Shown piece after piece: positions 46,000 to 54,996 of a DNA stretch of 62,238 nucleotides (positions are counted from its first letter, which is position 1; the number at the start of each line of letters is the position of its first letter). The notes beneath the pieces were generated by a model. That model worked only from the letters and a program-made list of their open reading frames with translations. It searched no databases and was not told where the DNA came from. This DNA comes from a virus. Taxonomy: Duplodnaviria; Caudoviricetes. The translations under genes and the position numbers were made by a program. The DNA lies in IMG/VR virus record IMGVR_UViG_3300042541_000169, positions 1 through 62,238 of that record; one strand, written 5' to 3'.

Positions 46000-46908
46000 A
46001 TGGCTATTTCACGCGCACAACTACTTAAAGAACTTCTTCCCGGCCTGAACGCCCTGTTTGGTCTGGAGTACGCCAAGTATGGTGAGGAACATAAAGAGAT
46101 TTATGAGACCGAAACCTCTGAGCGTTCGTTCGAAGAAGAGACCAAGCTGTCTGGCTTCTCCGCTGCGCCAGTCAAAAACGAGGGTTCTGCCATCGCTTAT
46201 GACAATGCACAGGAAGCATGGACTGCTCGATACAACCACGAAACCATTGCTCTGGGTTTCTCGCTGACCGAAGAGGCCATCGAGGATAACCTGTATGACA
46301 GCCTGTCGGCTCGTTATACCAAAGCTCTGGCTCGTGCTATGGCTTACACCAAGCAAGTTAAAGCTGCCGCCGTTCTAAACAACGGTTTCAGCAACGCTTA
46401 CGCTGGTGGTGACGGTGTTGCGCTGTTCTCAGCGTCGCACCCGCTAGTGTCTGGCGGCACCAACAGCAACATCCCATCGACCCCTGCTGACTTGAATGAG
46501 ACTTCTCTTGAGAATGCTGTTATTCAAATCTCGCTGTGGACGGATGAGCGTGGCCTGCTGATCGCTGCCAAGCCTAACAAGCTGGTTGTCCCACCTGCAC
46601 TGCAATTTACGGCAACTCGTTTGCTGGAAACTGAACTGCGCGTGGCTACTGCTGACAACGACATCAACGCACTGAAGAACAATGGTTCTATCCCCGGTGG
46701 ATATACCATTAATCACTTCCTGACCGATACGAACGCATGGTTCCTGACCACTGATGTTCCAAACGGCATGAAGCATTTCGTGCGTACCCCGCTGTCGCAG
46801 TCGATGGATGGTGACTTTGATACCGGCAACGTCCGTTACAAGTCCCGTGAGCGTTACAGCTTCGGCTGGTCTGACCCTCTCGGCATGTTCGGTTCGATTG
46901 GTGCGTAA
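46000..46908 (+). CDS. Major capsid protein
   Basis: MAISRAQLLKELLPGL...RERYSFGWSDP; strong SD, biased codon use, followed by a terminator. Confidence 0.9.
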   Translation: MAISRAQLLKELLPGLNALFGLEYAKYGEEHKEIYETETSERSFEEETKLSGFSAAPVKNEGSAIAYDNAQEAWTARYNHETIALGFSLTEEAIEDNLYDSLSARYTKALARAMAYTKQVKAAAVLNNGFSNAYAGGDGVALFSASHPLVSGGTNSNIPSTPADLNETSLENAVIQISLWTDERGLLIAAKPNKLVVPPALQFTATRLLETELRVATADNDINALKNNGSIPGGYTINHFLTDTNAWFLTTDVPNGMKHFVRTPLSQSMDGDFDTGNVRYKSRERYSFGWSDPLGMFGSIGA

Positions 46909-46918
46909 TTGATGTAAA

Positions 46919-46950
46919 AAAGGGGGCCTAAAAACCCCCTTTCTTGTTTT
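46919..46950 (+). terminator. Rho-independent terminator after the MCP
   Basis: AAAGGGGG-N8-CCCCCTTT followed by T-rich sequence. Confidence 0.85.
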
Positions 46951-46974
46951 ATTTTATGGTATAAAGCTATAAAT

Positions 46975-47045
46975 ACCGGGGTTATCCGGTGTATCTGACA
47001 GTCCCGGCTGACGACATGCAGACAGATACGCCCTCACTTGCATGT
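46975..47045 (+). ncRNA. Candidate pseudoknotted 5'-leader RNA
   Basis: GTATCTG/CAGATAC crossing ACATGCA/TGCATGT; CCGGG/CCCGG; extended -10 TGgTATAAA upstream; abuts the SD. Confidence 0.5.
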
Positions 47046-47059
47046 AAGGAACCTATATC

Positions 47060-47632
47060 ATGGCAAATACCACATTCTCCGGCCCAGTCATATCTAATAA
47101 TGGCTTTATTACCGGAACAGCTTCTTCCCCTATCGTTGAGACTACCGCTACTAATGTGTCTGAATCGTATGTTACGACTTCGGCTGCTACTGGCGATACA
47201 CGCCTGTCTTATCAGCGTTTAGCTTTTACATCGACTGGCTCTGGGGAAACTTACCGCGCTCTGACTCAAGTCACAGGCGCTGGCGCAGCTACTGGCGGTA
47301 CTGTTAACGGCGCTCACATTAGCTTGAGCATCAACGGTTCTGGCACTATTTCTGGCGCTGGTAACGCACTCCGCGCTACTCTGGGTGGTACGTCCACAAA
47401 CCCCGGCGGCACGATTGCAGCTATTCAAGCTGACTCTAACTTTGCTTCTGGTGGAACTTGGACAAATGCTTCGTTCATCCGTTTTACAAACAGCGGCACT
47501 GGCACGGTGGCTAACTTGTTTAACATCCCCGCAGCCTTGTTTGTAACAAGTACTGCCACTATTGCTAAGACTTTGAGAGTCGTGGCATCAGACGGTACGC
47601 CTTACTTCATCATGTGTTCTAGCGCAGCTTAA
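47060..47632 (+). CDS. Virion structural protein
   Basis: MANTTFSGPVISNNGF start; Gly/Thr/Ala-rich. Confidence 0.75.
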   Translation: MANTTFSGPVISNNGFITGTASSPIVETTATNVSESYVTTSAATGDTRLSYQRLAFTSTGSGETYRALTQVTGAGAATGGTVNGAHISLSINGSGTISGAGNALRATLGGTSTNPGGTIAAIQADSNFASGGTWTNASFIRFTNSGTGTVANLFNIPAALFVTSTATIAKTLRVVASDGTPYFIMCSSAA

Positions 47633-47633
47633 T

Positions 47634-47813
47634 ATGCAGATCACCAAGGAATTCTTGGAGACTGAGATTCGTGATCTTGAGACTGAAGCACAGAAGGCCC
47701 AAACCTTTTTGATTCAGGCCACAATCCAAGCGTACAAGATGCTCATTAACAGGCTAGACGCACCAGAACCGGAGCAACAAGATGAGACCGATTCAACAGA
47801 AGCTAACGATTGA
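47634..47813 (+). CDS. 59-aa coiled-coil protein (not in ORF track)
   Basis: MQITKEFLETEIRDLETEAQKAQ...; fills the gap between genes. Confidence 0.65.
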   Translation: MQITKEFLETEIRDLETEAQKAQTFLIQATIQAYKMLINRLDAPEPEQQDETDSTEAND

Positions 47814-48102
47814 TGGCGCTGCGGGGATAGCAATCCCGTTAGACACCTATATTTCGCCATTTAATATAGGCTTTGGGGTAACAATTAGCGCCGAAGCTAC
47901 AGTAGATTTTACTGTGCAACACACGTTTGATAATGTGCAAGATTCAACGGTTACTCCAGTTTGGTTTAACCATCCTACTGTAGTAAACCAAATTGCGAAC
48001 GCTAATGGTAATTATGCCTTTCCTGTAACAGCAGTTCGACTAAATGTTATAGACAACAACGGCACAATTACTTTTACGGTTATTCAAGCCGGGATAGCAT
48101 AA
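47782..48102 (+). CDS. Small beta-rich structural protein
   Basis: FTVQHTFD, GNYAFPVTAVRL, TVIQAG; GGAG SD. Confidence 0.75.
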   Translation: MRPIQQKLTIDGAAGIAIPLDTYISPFNIGFGVTISAEATVDFTVQHTFDNVQDSTVTPVWFNHPTVVNQIANANGNYAFPVTAVRLNVIDNNGTITFTVIQAGIA

Positions 48103-48323
48103 TGCCAATTGGGTTTCCAGACGTTGCTAACTTTGCTAATGTTTACCCCGGCACTGCGCTTGGGGTAGTAGCTAACGCCCAAGACGGGTACGGCAATTCT
48201 GTTGGCGGCGCTACAGTAATTGTTGGGGAGCAAACAACCCCAACTGATTACTTTATCTTGCTTGAAAGCGGGGATTTTGTCCTGCAAGAAACCGGCTTTA
48301 AGATTCTTCTGGAGATTTCGTAA
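48102..48323 (+). CDS. Small structural/adaptor protein
   Basis: Ends ILLESGDFVLQETGFKILLE; TAATG coupling. Confidence 0.7.
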   Translation: MPIGFPDVANFANVYPGTALGVVANAQDGYGNSVGGATVIVGEQTTPTDYFILLESGDFVLQETGFKILLEIS

Positions 48324-48922
48324 TGGCTAACGAAAAAATATCGGCAATGTCAACAGCAGCCGTACCACTAACAGGTACGGAGTTAATCCCCCTTGTTCAA
48401 GATGGCGGCAACGTAAAAGCAACACTTTCAGCGTTTGGTCAATACGCAATTGATACCTTTCAAAGTTACGGGGCATTTCAAGATCTTGGCGCGGATCAAA
48501 CAGCAGCGGCAAACGCCGTTACATTGCTTAGAATTGATACAACTGACTTTACGCAAGGTGTTACTAGAGCAGGAAGCAGAATTACGCTAACAAATGCTGG
48601 GGTTTATAGTATTACCATTAGTTTGCAGTTGACCAACACTACAGCCAACTACGATAGTTTTACCTTATGGCCTGTAATTAATGGAACTGCGCCAACTGGT
48701 TCTGCAAGTACTGTTAACGTCCCTGAGAAAAAAGGCGGGATTGACGGTCTAACAATCTTGGCGGTGCAGTACACCTATCAATTTGCTGCTGGCGGTTACT
48801 TTGAATTTAATTGGCACAATGTTGCTGGGAATTCCAAAGTTGTAACATTACCTGCTAGTCTTACAACGCCAATTCATCCAGCAGCCGCTGGTGTAATTCT
48901 TTCTGTAATTCAGGTTGGATAA
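48323..48922 (+). CDS. Fibre-like protein with C1q/BclA-like beta head (tentative)
   Basis: MANEKISAM...LTGTELIPLVQDG N-terminus; ITLTNAGVYSITISLQ. Confidence 0.6.
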   Translation: MANEKISAMSTAAVPLTGTELIPLVQDGGNVKATLSAFGQYAIDTFQSYGAFQDLGADQTAAANAVTLLRIDTTDFTQGVTRAGSRITLTNAGVYSITISLQLTNTTANYDSFTLWPVINGTAPTGSASTVNVPEKKGGIDGLTILAVQYTYQFAAGGYFEFNWHNVAGNSKVVTLPASLTTPIHPAAAGVILSVIQVG

Positions 48923-48924
48923 CC

Positions 48925-49167
48925 ATGGCATCCCCAGCATGGACAAGGAAAGAGGGCAAGTCCGAGAAGGGCGGCTTGAACGCCAAAGGTCGCGCCTCTG
49001 CGAAGGCCCAAGGTATGAATCTAAAGCCGCCACAACCGGAGGGCGGCTCAAGGCGAGACTCTTTCTGCGCGAGGATGAGTGGCATGAAGAAAAAGTTAAC
49101 GTCCGCGAAGACCGCGAACGACCCAAACTCCCGGATTAATAAAAGCCTACGGGCGTGGAATTGTTGA
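48925..49167 (+). CDS. Small basic protein
   Basis: KGGLNAKGRAS, SFCARM, SLRAWNC. Confidence 0.75.
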   Translation: MASPAWTRKEGKSEKGGLNAKGRASAKAQGMNLKPPQPEGGSRRDSFCARMSGMKKKLTSAKTANDPNSRINKSLRAWNC

Positions 49168-49168
49168 G

Positions 49169-49354
49169 ATGGATAATCACGATATCAAAGTAATGACTGA
49201 CGGCGCTGCTGTAGTTGTAGGCATAAGCGGGTTTATGTCATGGTTTCCGCCCATTGTTGCTTTAGTTGGTGGCTTACTTACTATAGTTTGGTTAAGCCTC
49301 CGCATTTGGGAAACCGACACCGTACAAAAATTGGTACGTAAAAATGCCAAGTAA
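49169..49354 (+). CDS. Small membrane protein (possible holin)
   Basis: Hydrophobic core ending LRIWETDTVQ. Confidence 0.6.
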   Translation: MDNHDIKVMTDGAAVVVGISGFMSWFPPIVALVGGLLTIVWLSLRIWETDTVQKLVRKNAK

Positions 49355-49733
49355 GAGTAAAGCGCAACATAATTTCATGGCTGCGGTGGCGCATAACCCA
49401 TCGTTTGCTAAAAAAGTAGGTGTGCCTACATCTGTAGGCAAAGACTTTAACCAAGCGGACAAGGGCCGCAAATTTTCAAAAGGTGGTGATACTATGGCTT
49501 CCAAAATGAACCCCGGCTTCATGGCGATGATGAAGAAAAAAGGCACTAGCAAAATGGCTGGTGGTGGCGTGGCCGCATCGAAAATGGGTGCTGTTAAGAC
49601 TGCTGCCCCTAGCAAAGACGGTATTGCTGAAAAAGGCAAAACCAAAGGTAAGCAAATTAAGATGGCTGGTTCTGGTGTCCCCGGTGGCATTGGTTCTAAA
49701 GTCATGAAAAAAGGCGGAATGGCCAAGTGCTAA
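49344..49733 (+). CDS. Small Lys-rich protein with xxxGG motifs
   Basis: FSKGG, MAGGG, MKKGG; DGIAEKGKTKG. Confidence 0.75.
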   Translation: MPSKSKAQHNFMAAVAHNPSFAKKVGVPTSVGKDFNQADKGRKFSKGGDTMASKMNPGFMAMMKKKGTSKMAGGGVAASKMGAVKTAAPSKDGIAEKGKTKGKQIKMAGSGVPGGIGSKVMKKGGMAKC

Positions 49734-49747
49734 TCTAAGGAGTTGTC

Positions 49748-50053
49748 ATGAACGAAGATGAGAAAAAAGCGGCTAAATACCGCAAAGAAGCGCGTGAGGC
49801 AGGAGTAACAGCCCCCGTACCTCAGAGTGCTGTGCAAGATGCAGCAGATGAAAAGGCACGTCGCGCTATGGAAAAAGCATATAACCGTTCTTTAACCAGC
49901 CCTGAAATGGTAAATCCCCCTGCTGCCCCGGGAATGCTGTCGCGCAAACATGGTGGCTCAGTAGGTTCTGCCTCTAAACGCGCTGATGGTATTGCTACAA
50001 AAGGTAAAACCCGTGGCACTATGGTCACTATGAAAAATGGCGGGATGTGCTGA
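49748..50053 (+). CDS. Small basic protein with xxxGG motifs
   Basis: RKHGG, RADGIATKGKTRG, MKNGG; AAGGAG SD. Confidence 0.75.
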   Translation: MNEDEKKAAKYRKEAREAGVTAPVPQSAVQDAADEKARRAMEKAYNRSLTSPEMVNPPAAPGMLSRKHGGSVGSASKRADGIATKGKTRGTMVTMKNGGMC

Positions 50054-50054
50054 G

Positions 50055-50330
50055 ATGATGGCCTCTCGCGGTATGGGTGACATTAACCCTTCCAAGATGC
50101 CCGGTGGGGAGAAGAAGGCCCGCCGGGACGACACCGACTTTACGCAGTATAAAGAAGGCGGTAAAGTTAACGCTGCTGGTAACTACACTAAGCCTAGTCT
50201 TCGTAAGAAGATTGTGTCTCAGGTAAAATCCGCAGCAACCCACGGCACTGGCGCAGGTCAGTGGTCAGCCCGTAAAGCACAACTCGTTGCTAAGAAGTAT
50301 AAAGCGGCGGGTGGGGGTTACCGAGATTGA
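50055..50330 (+). CDS. Small basic protein
   Basis: YKEGG, NYTKPSLRK, GQWSARKAQ; start at 50055 inferred. Confidence 0.7.
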   Translation: MMASRGMGDINPSKMPGGEKKARRDDTDFTQYKEGGKVNAAGNYTKPSLRKKIVSQVKSAATHGTGAGQWSARKAQLVAKKYKAAGGGYRD

Positions 50331-50560
50331 AAGCCCCACAGCAAAGCCTGAAGTCATGGGGTGACCAGAAATGGCGGACAAAGAGCGGCAAGCCGTCGTC
50401 AAAGACAGGCGAACGATACCTGCCAGAAGCGGCTATCAAGTCACTCACCCCGTCAGAGTATGCCGCCACAACGAAGGCAAAGCGGGCAGGGAAAGCAGCA
50501 GGAAAGCAGTTTGTTAAGCAGCCCAAGGGCATAGCAAAGAAAACAGCGGGGTTTAGATAA
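50327..50560 (+). CDS. Small basic protein
   Basis: TTG start coupled to upstream stop; QKWRTKSGK...GERYLP. Confidence 0.7.
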   Translation: MKAPQQSLKSWGDQKWRTKSGKPSSKTGERYLPEAAIKSLTPSEYAATTKAKRAGKAAGKQFVKQPKGIAKKTAGFR

Positions 50561-51492
50561 TGGCAATAACGACCGGAACCACCGTCTTTAATTTGGACAT
50601 GAACGACCTCATTGAGGAAGCGTTCGAGCGTTGCGGTCAAGAACTTCGCACCGGCTATAACTTTCGCACTGCGCGTAGGTCGCTAAACATCTTGACGATT
50701 GAGTGGGCCAACCGTGGGCTGAACTTCTGGACTGTAGAACAGAACCAGATTCCTATGGTGACAGGCCAAGCTATGTACCCCGTGCCTGTTAATACGATTG
50801 ATATTCTGGACTCTGTGATTCGTCAGAACAACAGTACGACCAACCAGATTGACATTAATATCAGCCGTATTGCAGAGCCGACCTACATGAGCTTGCCTAA
50901 TAAGCTGGCGCAGGGGCGACCAATTCAGGTTTGGTACAACCGTCAGTCGGGGCAAGAGAATACGACCAATGTTACCTTGATTGGTGGAATTAGCGCATCC
51001 GATGTCACTATCACGGTGTCTTCAGTTGCTGGCTTAACCACGTCTGGGTTTATTAAGATTGGTACGGAAACGATTAGTTACCCCAATGTTGACCCTGTAA
51101 ATAACCAATTACTTAACTGCGCTCGTGGACAAAACGGCACAACCGCCGCTGCGCACTCTACTTTAGCTGCAATCACAGTACAGAATTTACCTTGTATTAA
51201 CGTCTGGCCAACGCCTAACGCTCCGGGTGACCAGTATATGTTTGTGTACTACCGGCTGCGCCGTATTCAGGACGCGGGTACGGGTGTGACAGTCCAAGAT
51301 ATTCCGTTCCGGTTTATCCCCTGTATGGTGGCGGGGCTGGCGTACCAACTGAGCATGAAGCTACCGGATGTTGACCCAATACGTATTTCAGCGTTGAAAA
51401 TGGATTACGAGCAGCAGTGGGATTCAGCCGCTGCGGAAGACCGTGATACGTCACCATTGCGGTTTGTACCGAGAAATATGTTCTATGCCTAA
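50560..51492 (+). CDS. Head-tail connector/adaptor-like protein
   Basis: LIEEAFERCG...ARRSLN...EWANRG; VWPTP; MVAGLAY. Confidence 0.65.
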   Translation: MAITTGTTVFNLDMNDLIEEAFERCGQELRTGYNFRTARRSLNILTIEWANRGLNFWTVEQNQIPMVTGQAMYPVPVNTIDILDSVIRQNNSTTNQIDINISRIAEPTYMSLPNKLAQGRPIQVWYNRQSGQENTTNVTLIGGISASDVTITVSSVAGLTTSGFIKIGTETISYPNVDPVNNQLLNCARGQNGTTAAAHSTLAAITVQNLPCINVWPTPNAPGDQYMFVYYRLRRIQDAGTGVTVQDIPFRFIPCMVAGLAYQLSMKLPDVDPIRISALKMDYEQQWDSAAAEDRDTSPLRFVPRNMFYA

Positions 51493-51913
51493 TAGATTTG
51501 CATCAGGTAAGAACTCAATTGCAGAGTGTGACCGCTGTGGGCAGCGGTATATGCTCAAAGAGTTACGAACTCAGACGGTTAAAACGCGTCCGTTTAAGGT
51601 TAAAGTTTGCCACGAGTGTTGGGACCCTGATCATCCGCAGTTGCAGTTAGGTATGTATCCGGTGAACGACCCGCAAGCAGTGCGAGAGCCGCGCCCAGAT
51701 GTAAGCTACCAAGTATCCGGCAATAGCGGCTTGCAGATTTTGCTAACCAATAGTACCGCTCCAGATGGGTTTGGTTACCCAGAAGCGGGTAGTCGAATCT
51801 TCCAGTGGGGGTATGCCCCCGTTGGTGGGGCAAGTGGGTTTGATACCCTTTTAACCCCGAATAATTTGGTATTAGCGGTAGAACTTGGTACAGTTACAGT
51901 TACCGTCACATAA
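51485..51913 (+). CDS. Zn-finger-containing virion-module protein
   Basis: CDRCG...CHECWD..HPQ...PRPD. Confidence 0.7.
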   Translation: MPNRFASGKNSIAECDRCGQRYMLKELRTQTVKTRPFKVKVCHECWDPDHPQLQLGMYPVNDPQAVREPRPDVSYQVSGNSGLQILLTNSTAPDGFGYPEAGSRIFQWGYAPVGGASGFDTLLTPNNLVLAVELGTVTVTVT

Positions 51914-51923
51914 GGAGCTTAAA

Positions 51924-52127
51924 ATGGACAAAGCAGATTTGAAACAAGACAAGAAGATGATGGCTGGAGCCGTGCATAAGCATGAGAAAAAGCTGCATCC
52001 GGGTCAACCTATGACCAAGCTGGCCAAAGGCGGCAAGACTAATCTTCAAATGAAACAGCTAGGTCGCGGTCTGGCCAAAGTGGCTAACCAGAAGAAGTCT
52101 TCATTCACCTATAAAAAAGGCGGTTGA
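51924..52127 (+). CDS. Small basic protein ending in GG
   Basis: AAGGAG SD; LAKGG; C-terminal YKKGG. Confidence 0.75.
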   Translation: MDKADLKQDKKMMAGAVHKHEKKLHPGQPMTKLAKGGKTNLQMKQLGRGLAKVANQKKSSFTYKKGG

Positions 52128-52128
52128 T

Positions 52129-52395
52129 ATGGCCAAATTTAGCCAAAAGCAAGGCGGCAAAGAAGTCGGCAGTGCCGAAGTCTACGCTAAACCACATACT
52201 ATGGACGGTAACGCTGGTGTGGATATTAAGAACAGCGGCTACCAAGGCGGCAATCGTTTCACTGCTAATGATGTGAACATGTCCGTTGGTAACATTAGCC
52301 GTGATCCATACAAAGAGCCTAAGACAACAGGTATCAAAACTCGTGGCAATGGCTGCGCTACTAAAGGCACGATTGCTCGTGGGCCAATGGCGTAA
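52129..52395 (+). CDS. Small basic protein
   Basis: GIKTRGNGCATKGTIARGPMA. Confidence 0.72.
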   Translation: MAKFSQKQGGKEVGSAEVYAKPHTMDGNAGVDIKNSGYQGGNRFTANDVNMSVGNISRDPYKEPKTTGIKTRGNGCATKGTIARGPMA

Positions 52396-52397
52396 TC

Positions 52398-53105
52398 ATG
52401 AACTACACACAACTGTTCAGCACTATTCAGTCGTACACGGAAAATACTTTTCCAGATTTTACGCTGGCTGACGGTTCTATTGAAACAACCGCTGAACAGA
52501 TTAACCGGTTTATCCAACAGGCTGAACAGCGTATTTATAACTCGGTGCAGTTCCCGTCTATTCGCAAGAATATGATTGGTAATTTGCAGTCGGGTAATAA
52601 GTACCTAAAAGCGCCTGATGATTTTCTGGCTGTGTATTCACTGGCGGTTATTGAGAACTACGGCACGGCTACTGAAACGTATGAGTTCTTGCTGAACAAA
52701 GACGTTAACTATATTCGTGAGGCGTACCCTACTCCCTCTGATACGGGGCTACCTAAATACTACGCGCTGTTTGGCCCTGCTATTGTGGGTAGCGCGATTA
52801 CTAACGAATTGACGTTTATTCTTGGGCCAACACCAGACGCTGCGTATACCGTAGAGCTACACTTCTACTATTACCCTGAGTCAATTACCACTGCTGGGTC
52901 TTCATGGCTTGGCGATAACTTTGATACGGTGCTGCTGTACGGTACTTTGGTAGAAGCGTACACGTTTATGAAAGGTGAGACTGATTTGCTTTCTGTATAT
53001 GAGGGCAAATACAAAGAAGCGCTGGGTCTGGCTAAACGTCTGGGCGATGGTATGGAGCGTCAAGATGCGTACCGTTCAGGTCAATATCGACAGGCGGTGA
53101 CCTAA
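52398..53105 (+). CDS. Tail adaptor / tubular-A-like protein
   Basis: FIQQAEQRI, GPTPD..Y.VELHFYYYP, LLYGTLVEAY. Confidence 0.7.
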   Translation: MNYTQLFSTIQSYTENTFPDFTLADGSIETTAEQINRFIQQAEQRIYNSVQFPSIRKNMIGNLQSGNKYLKAPDDFLAVYSLAVIENYGTATETYEFLLNKDVNYIREAYPTPSDTGLPKYYALFGPAIVGSAITNELTFILGPTPDAAYTVELHFYYYPESITTAGSSWLGDNFDTVLLYGTLVEAYTFMKGETDLLSVYEGKYKEALGLAKRLGDGMERQDAYRSGQYRQAVT

Positions 53106-53527
53106 TGGCGTTCACAGGTAATTTCTCGTGCAATACATTACGATCCGGTTTAATAGACGGGACGTTGAAATTTGCAACGGATACATTTCGTTTAGCGTTG
53201 TACACAAACTCGGCCACCTTAAATCAAACTACTACGGCCTACACATCAGACGGTGAAACCTCTGGTGGTAATTATGTGGCTGGTGGCCAAATAGTAGTTG
53301 CAACGGTCAGTACGGCGCTTGGCGCAAGTGGCAGCACTGTTTATGTAAATTTTTCAAGTCCGGCTTGGACTGGCGCAATTACGGCGCGTGGTGCGTTGAT
53401 CTATGACGTTACTACTGGCGCGGCTGTTTGTGTTCTGGACTTTGGGAATAACGTAACATCGACCGGTACTTTCACTGTAACGATGCCAGCTAACACTGGC
53501 ACGACTGCACTCATTAGACTTGTATAA
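53105..53527 (+). CDS. Structural protein (paralog of 53750-54241)
   Basis: FRLALYT, YVAGG, GTFTVTMPA...ALIRL. Confidence 0.75.
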   Translation: MAFTGNFSCNTLRSGLIDGTLKFATDTFRLALYTNSATLNQTTTAYTSDGETSGGNYVAGGQIVVATVSTALGASGSTVYVNFSSPAWTGAITARGALIYDVTTGAAVCVLDFGNNVTSTGTFTVTMPANTGTTALIRLV

Positions 53528-53536
53528 GGGGAAGAT

Positions 53537-53731
53537 ATGGCATTGGTTACAACGACTAAAGGTGAAATGGACGAATCCTTGCTGGAGAAGCGCGAGGGTA
53601 ATGTCGATAACGATAATGAATACACTACGTGGGTAGAGTATTGGCTAGATGGCGAACTGGTACATCGTTCTGCCCATGTTCAATTGAAAAAAACGGTGGG
53701 GCTAAAAGTTGAAGCCGCATCTTTCGGTTAA
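53537..53731 (+). CDS. Hypothetical protein
   Basis: WVEYWLDGELVHRSAHV. Confidence 0.7.
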   Translation: MALVTTTKGEMDESLLEKREGNVDNDNEYTTWVEYWLDGELVHRSAHVQLKKTVGLKVEAASFG

Positions 53732-53749
53732 TTTTTAAAGGAGCCTCAA

Positions 53750-54241
53750 ATGGCTAATACACAAAGCATGTGCACCTCGTTTATGCAACAGCTTATGGTT
53801 GGTGAGCATCAGCTTGGCACCGCAACGCTTGTTTCGCGCACCAGTTTGACTGCACCAACTACAGACACGCTTAAAGCTGCTTTATACTTGGCATCGGCAA
53901 CAATGAATGCCGCCTCCACTGTGTACACGGTGACGGGTGAAGTGTCAGGCGCTGGCTATGCTGCGGGGGGTGTAACGGTAACTAATGCAACTGCGCCAAC
54001 CTCTACTAACGCATCGGCAACAGCGGGCGTGGCTTACTGGACTCCATCGGCAAGTATTACATACACGACAGTAACTTTGGCTACTGCGTTTGATGCGGTG
54101 TTGTTGTATAACTCAACACAAGGCGATAAAGCAATTAGCGTTCATACGTTTGGTTCGCAGACTATTACTGCGGGTACGTTTACGTTGACGATGCCAGCTA
54201 ACGCTACAACAACTGCACTCATCCGTCTGGCTACAACCTAA
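53750..54241 (+). CDS. Structural protein (paralog of 53105-53527)
   Basis: LKAALYL, YAAGG, GTFTLTMPA...ALIRL; AAGGAG SD. Confidence 0.75.
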   Translation: MANTQSMCTSFMQQLMVGEHQLGTATLVSRTSLTAPTTDTLKAALYLASATMNAASTVYTVTGEVSGAGYAAGGVTVTNATAPTSTNASATAGVAYWTPSASITYTTVTLATAFDAVLLYNSTQGDKAISVHTFGSQTITAGTFTLTMPANATTTALIRLATT

Positions 54242-54273
54242 TAGGACTGGCGGGGTAACTCGCTGGAGCAGCT

Positions 54274-54987
54274 ATGTCTTTTGGAATATTTGCATTTTCT
54301 GAAGCTGCTTTTGCTGCGTTACCTGCGCCCGCAAATGTGGAGGTTGCCCTTACGGGGGTAACAGCCAGCGGGGCCGTAGGATCGGTTACAGAAATAAGTA
54401 CAGTTGCTCTTAGTGGTGTTGAGGCAACAGGGACGGTTGGTAGTGTTACAGTCGGGGAGATTTCATTAGCACTGACAGGTGTTGAGGCTACCGGCGCAGT
54501 AGGTACGGTAATTTATGAGCAAGTTATAACATTAGCCATTACTGGCGTTGAAGCAACGGGTGCGGTAGGTACGGTAATAAATGAACAGGCTATTGGGGTA
54601 AATGGGGCGCAAGGCTTTGGTGAAGTTGGATCAATTGGTATACTTGGCATTGAAGCCGGGCTGCAAGGCGTTGTAGCTACAGGCGAAGTAGGCACTGTAG
54701 CTCTTGCTGACCGTGAGATTGCGCTGACCGGGGTTGAGGCTTCGGGCGCAGTAGGCAATGTTACTGAAACAAACAGCCCAACTGAAGATGGCGTTGTAGC
54801 GACAGGTGCGGTAGGATCAGTAGGGTCTAGCCGCACGGTGGCCATAACAGGGGTACAGGCTAGAGGACAAGTTGGCACAGTAGATAAATTCTATTGGTCT
54901 GTCATAGATGATAGTCAAACACCAAATTGGGGCCTAATAGATGCGGAACAAACTCCAGATTGGCAAGATGTTGAAATGACTGTGTAA
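54274..54987 (+). CDS. Fibre-shaft-like repeat protein
   Basis: About nine ~20-aa LTGVEATGAVGTV repeats; N-terminal FGIFAFSEAAFAAL; C-terminal W..I...QTP.W repeats. Confidence 0.75.
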   Translation: MSFGIFAFSEAAFAALPAPANVEVALTGVTASGAVGSVTEISTVALSGVEATGTVGSVTVGEISLALTGVEATGAVGTVIYEQVITLAITGVEATGAVGTVINEQAIGVNGAQGFGEVGSIGILGIEAGLQGVVATGEVGTVALADREIALTGVEASGAVGNVTETNSPTEDGVVATGAVGSVGSSRTVAITGVQARGQVGTVDKFYWSVIDDSQTPNWGLIDAEQTPDWQDVEMTV

Positions 54988-54996
54988 GGATAAATT

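Noticed and set aside
46975-47045. Hammerhead ribozyme suggested by CTGACGA
   Set aside because: No downstream GAAA core or matching three-stem arrangement
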